From positions 200 through 64,199 of the forward strand of contig JAKSSF010000008.1 in the NCBI GenBank assembly GCA_024403235.1: a DNA stretch of 64,000 bases, in the 5' to 3' direction. The position numbers and the translations under genes were made by a program. The first letter of the stretch is position 1; each line of letters opens with the position of its first letter. The notes beneath the pieces were generated by a model. That model saw only the letters and a list, made by a program, of their open reading frames with translations, did no database searches and was not told the origin of the DNA. Source of the stretch: Lachnospiraceae bacterium. Its GTDB lineage: Bacteria > Bacillota > Clostridia > Lachnospirales > Lachnospiraceae. Shown one piece after another: positions 62,716 through 64,000 of this stretch.

Positions 62716-64000
62716 CGATTTTTCCAAATCTTACTAGGCTGCGCCTTAAAAGTAGGATAGCGAAACAATAAGGTTTTTAAAGCGGGCCAATGGAATGGAA
62801 ATAGAGGCCAAAAATAACTGCCCTTTCCAAAGGTAGGGGTAGTAGCTATGGATAGAAGAATACAAAATATGCCTAAGAAAAATCCCGGCCCATGAAAGAA
62901 TCCAATCATAAGAATCAAAAAGATTCGATATAGACGGATAGCGTCCCCTAATTCCAAACTGGGGAGACCTAATGTACACAGTAAGGTGGCTCCTCCATAA
63001 AATAATACGGCTTCACTGGTCCATTGGAGAGAAACCGCCATATCCCCTACTAATAATCCACCTACTACAGCAAAAGCACCGGAAAAATCATTAGCGGCTC
63101 TGGAGGAGGCATATTGAAATATGGCCAATCCAAATTCTACAAACAGTACATAGATAAAGGACGCTAGTGGCAGAGTGGGCTCGGTGAGTGGAAAGGGCAA
63201 AAGATGGGGATATATACTAACCAAAAGAAAAAAAGGCATTAAAAATTGGCTTAAAAAGACACATAGGTATCGTAATATACGGATAAAATTTCCTACCGGT
63301 AAAGGTTTGTAATAATCCTCCGGACTTTGACAAAATTGAAAAATACTGCAAGGAAGTACTAGGGAAGTGGGAGAACCATCTACAAACAGTAAAATATGCC
63401 CTTCCAATAAATAACTACAAGCCACATCCGGTCTGCCGGTAGTTAAAAAAGAGGGCAAGGGATGAAAAATGGATTTTTTGAGTAGAAGTTCTTTTAAGCT
63501 GTGAATGCCTAAAGTCAGAGATGTGACCTGAAGTTTTTGCAACTTTTCCTGTAAAAGGTTTAGTAAATCAGGGTCGACAGCCTCTTTTATATAGGATATG
63601 ACTACATCCGTTTGACTTTCTGTTCCTATTGTTTGACGAGCAAATACTAATTTGGGGGATCGAATTCTACGACGAACCAATGCACAGTTTGTGGATAAGG
63701 TTTCCACAAAACCATCCTTCGATCCACCCGTAACCTTTTCTAAAGCGGGTTCTTCCATAGAACGAGTGGGATATTGCCTGGTATCTAAAATGATCCCATA
63801 AGCAAAGCCTTCCAGAAATAACACACAAGGACCGGATAAAATGCTTTGCAGCAAATTTCCCCAGTCATTGGAGAAACTAAGCCCTAGGAAACCTAGCCTG
63901 GATGCAAAAAAATCTGGAATAGGAGTGGTACAACTCTGGGAAGAAAAAAGAGAAATTTGTAAGTCACTGATGATTTGCTGTAAACATTCTGTATCACATA
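62712..64000 (-). CDS. GerA-family spore germination protein, A subunit (5' end outside window)
   Basis: ILSGPCVLFLEGFAYGIILDTRQYPTRSMEEP...RPDVACSYLLEGHILLFVDGSPTSLVLP followed by TM segments. My manual translation shows the frame stays open upstream of the ORF-track start at 63854, all the way to position 64000. Confidence 0.85.
   Translation of the reverse strand, partial: CDTECLQQIISDLQISLFSSQSCTTPIPDFFASRLGFLGLSFSNDWGNLLQSILSGPCVLFLEGFAYGIILDTRQYPTRSMEEPALEKVTGGSKDGFVETLSTNCALVRRRIRSPKLVFARQTIGTESQTDVVISYIKEAVDPDLLNLLQEKLQKLQVTSLTLGIHSLKELLLKKSIFHPLPSFLTTGRPDVACSYLLEGHILLFVDGSPTSLVLPCSIFQFCQSPEDYYKPLPVGNFIRILRYLCVFLSQFLMPFFLLVSIYPHLLPFPLTEPTLPLASFIYVLFVEFGLAIFQYASSRAANDFSGAFAVVGGLLVGDMAVSLQWTSEAVLFYGGATLLCTLGLPSLELGDAIRLYRIFLILMIGFFHGPGFFLGIFCILLSIATTPTFGKGSYFWPLFPFHWPALKTLLFRYPTFKAQPSKIWKNR

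Noticed and set aside
1-64000. Mobile elements, prophage genes, CRISPR arrays, toxin-antitoxin or classical defence systems, tRNA and rRNA genes.
   Set aside because: I recognised no transposase, integrase or recombinase motifs, no regularly spaced repeats and no tRNA-like cloverleaf regions while reading. This is a by-eye negative and should be confirmed with tRNAscan, Infernal and ISfinder-type searches.

Overview
Chromosomal window from a moderately AT-rich Firmicute, most likely a butyrate-producing Clostridia/Lachnospiraceae-type organism. That assignment is inferred from gene content and protein motifs and was not checked by any search. Layout: (i) 1-15.0 kb holds the distal half of the ribosomal-protein superoperon (rpsH'-rplF-rplR-rpsE-rpmD-rplO-secY-adk-map-KOW-infA-rpmJ, then rpsM-rpsK-rpsD-rpoA-rplQ). 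An opposite-strand M15 peptidase follows, then ecfA1-ecfA2-ecfT-truA and rplM-rpsI. (ii) 15-25 kb is a housekeeping mix: PPP-type phosphoesterase, cytidylate-kinase-like protein, fused feoAB, SDR, trxB, SH3/NlpC-P60 hydrolase, long hpf, and a 623-aa polytopic GT-C-like membrane protein. (iii) 25.1-31.3 kb is the butyryl-CoA operon thl-crt-hbd-bcd-etfB-etfA. (iv) 31.4-34.6 kb is a small island of poorly characterised envelope genes: a DUF4397-like repeat protein, an SGNH-like ectoprotein, two half-size DMT/SMR-like membrane proteins and a zinc-ribbon protein. (v) 34.7-57.9 kb is a large cell-wall polysaccharide locus. It contains two membrane-anchored GH25 muramidases, rfbB-rfbA-rfbC (no rfbD), Wzm/Wzt, a methyltransferase/kinase-like protein, five GT2 glycosyltransferases, phosphoglucomutase, a PHPT initiating transferase and an LCP ligase. 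(vi) 57.9-64 kb holds htrA, an unusually long clpX, a Csp-like S8 protease, and a convergent GerA-family germinant receptor gene that runs off the window. I recognised no rRNA, tRNA, CRISPR array, transposase or integrase. The observations most worth follow-up are: a WbdD/Wzt-CBM-like chain-capping arrangement in a Gram-positive wall-polysaccharide locus; a GH25 muramidase nested in the dTDP-rhamnose operon; a cluster of four same-strand DnaA-box 9-mers in a 470-bp AT-rich spacer upstream of hpf; a Glu-less SMR-like pair plus an orphan GT-C-like protein; and several long untranslated spacers inside the ribosomal operon.
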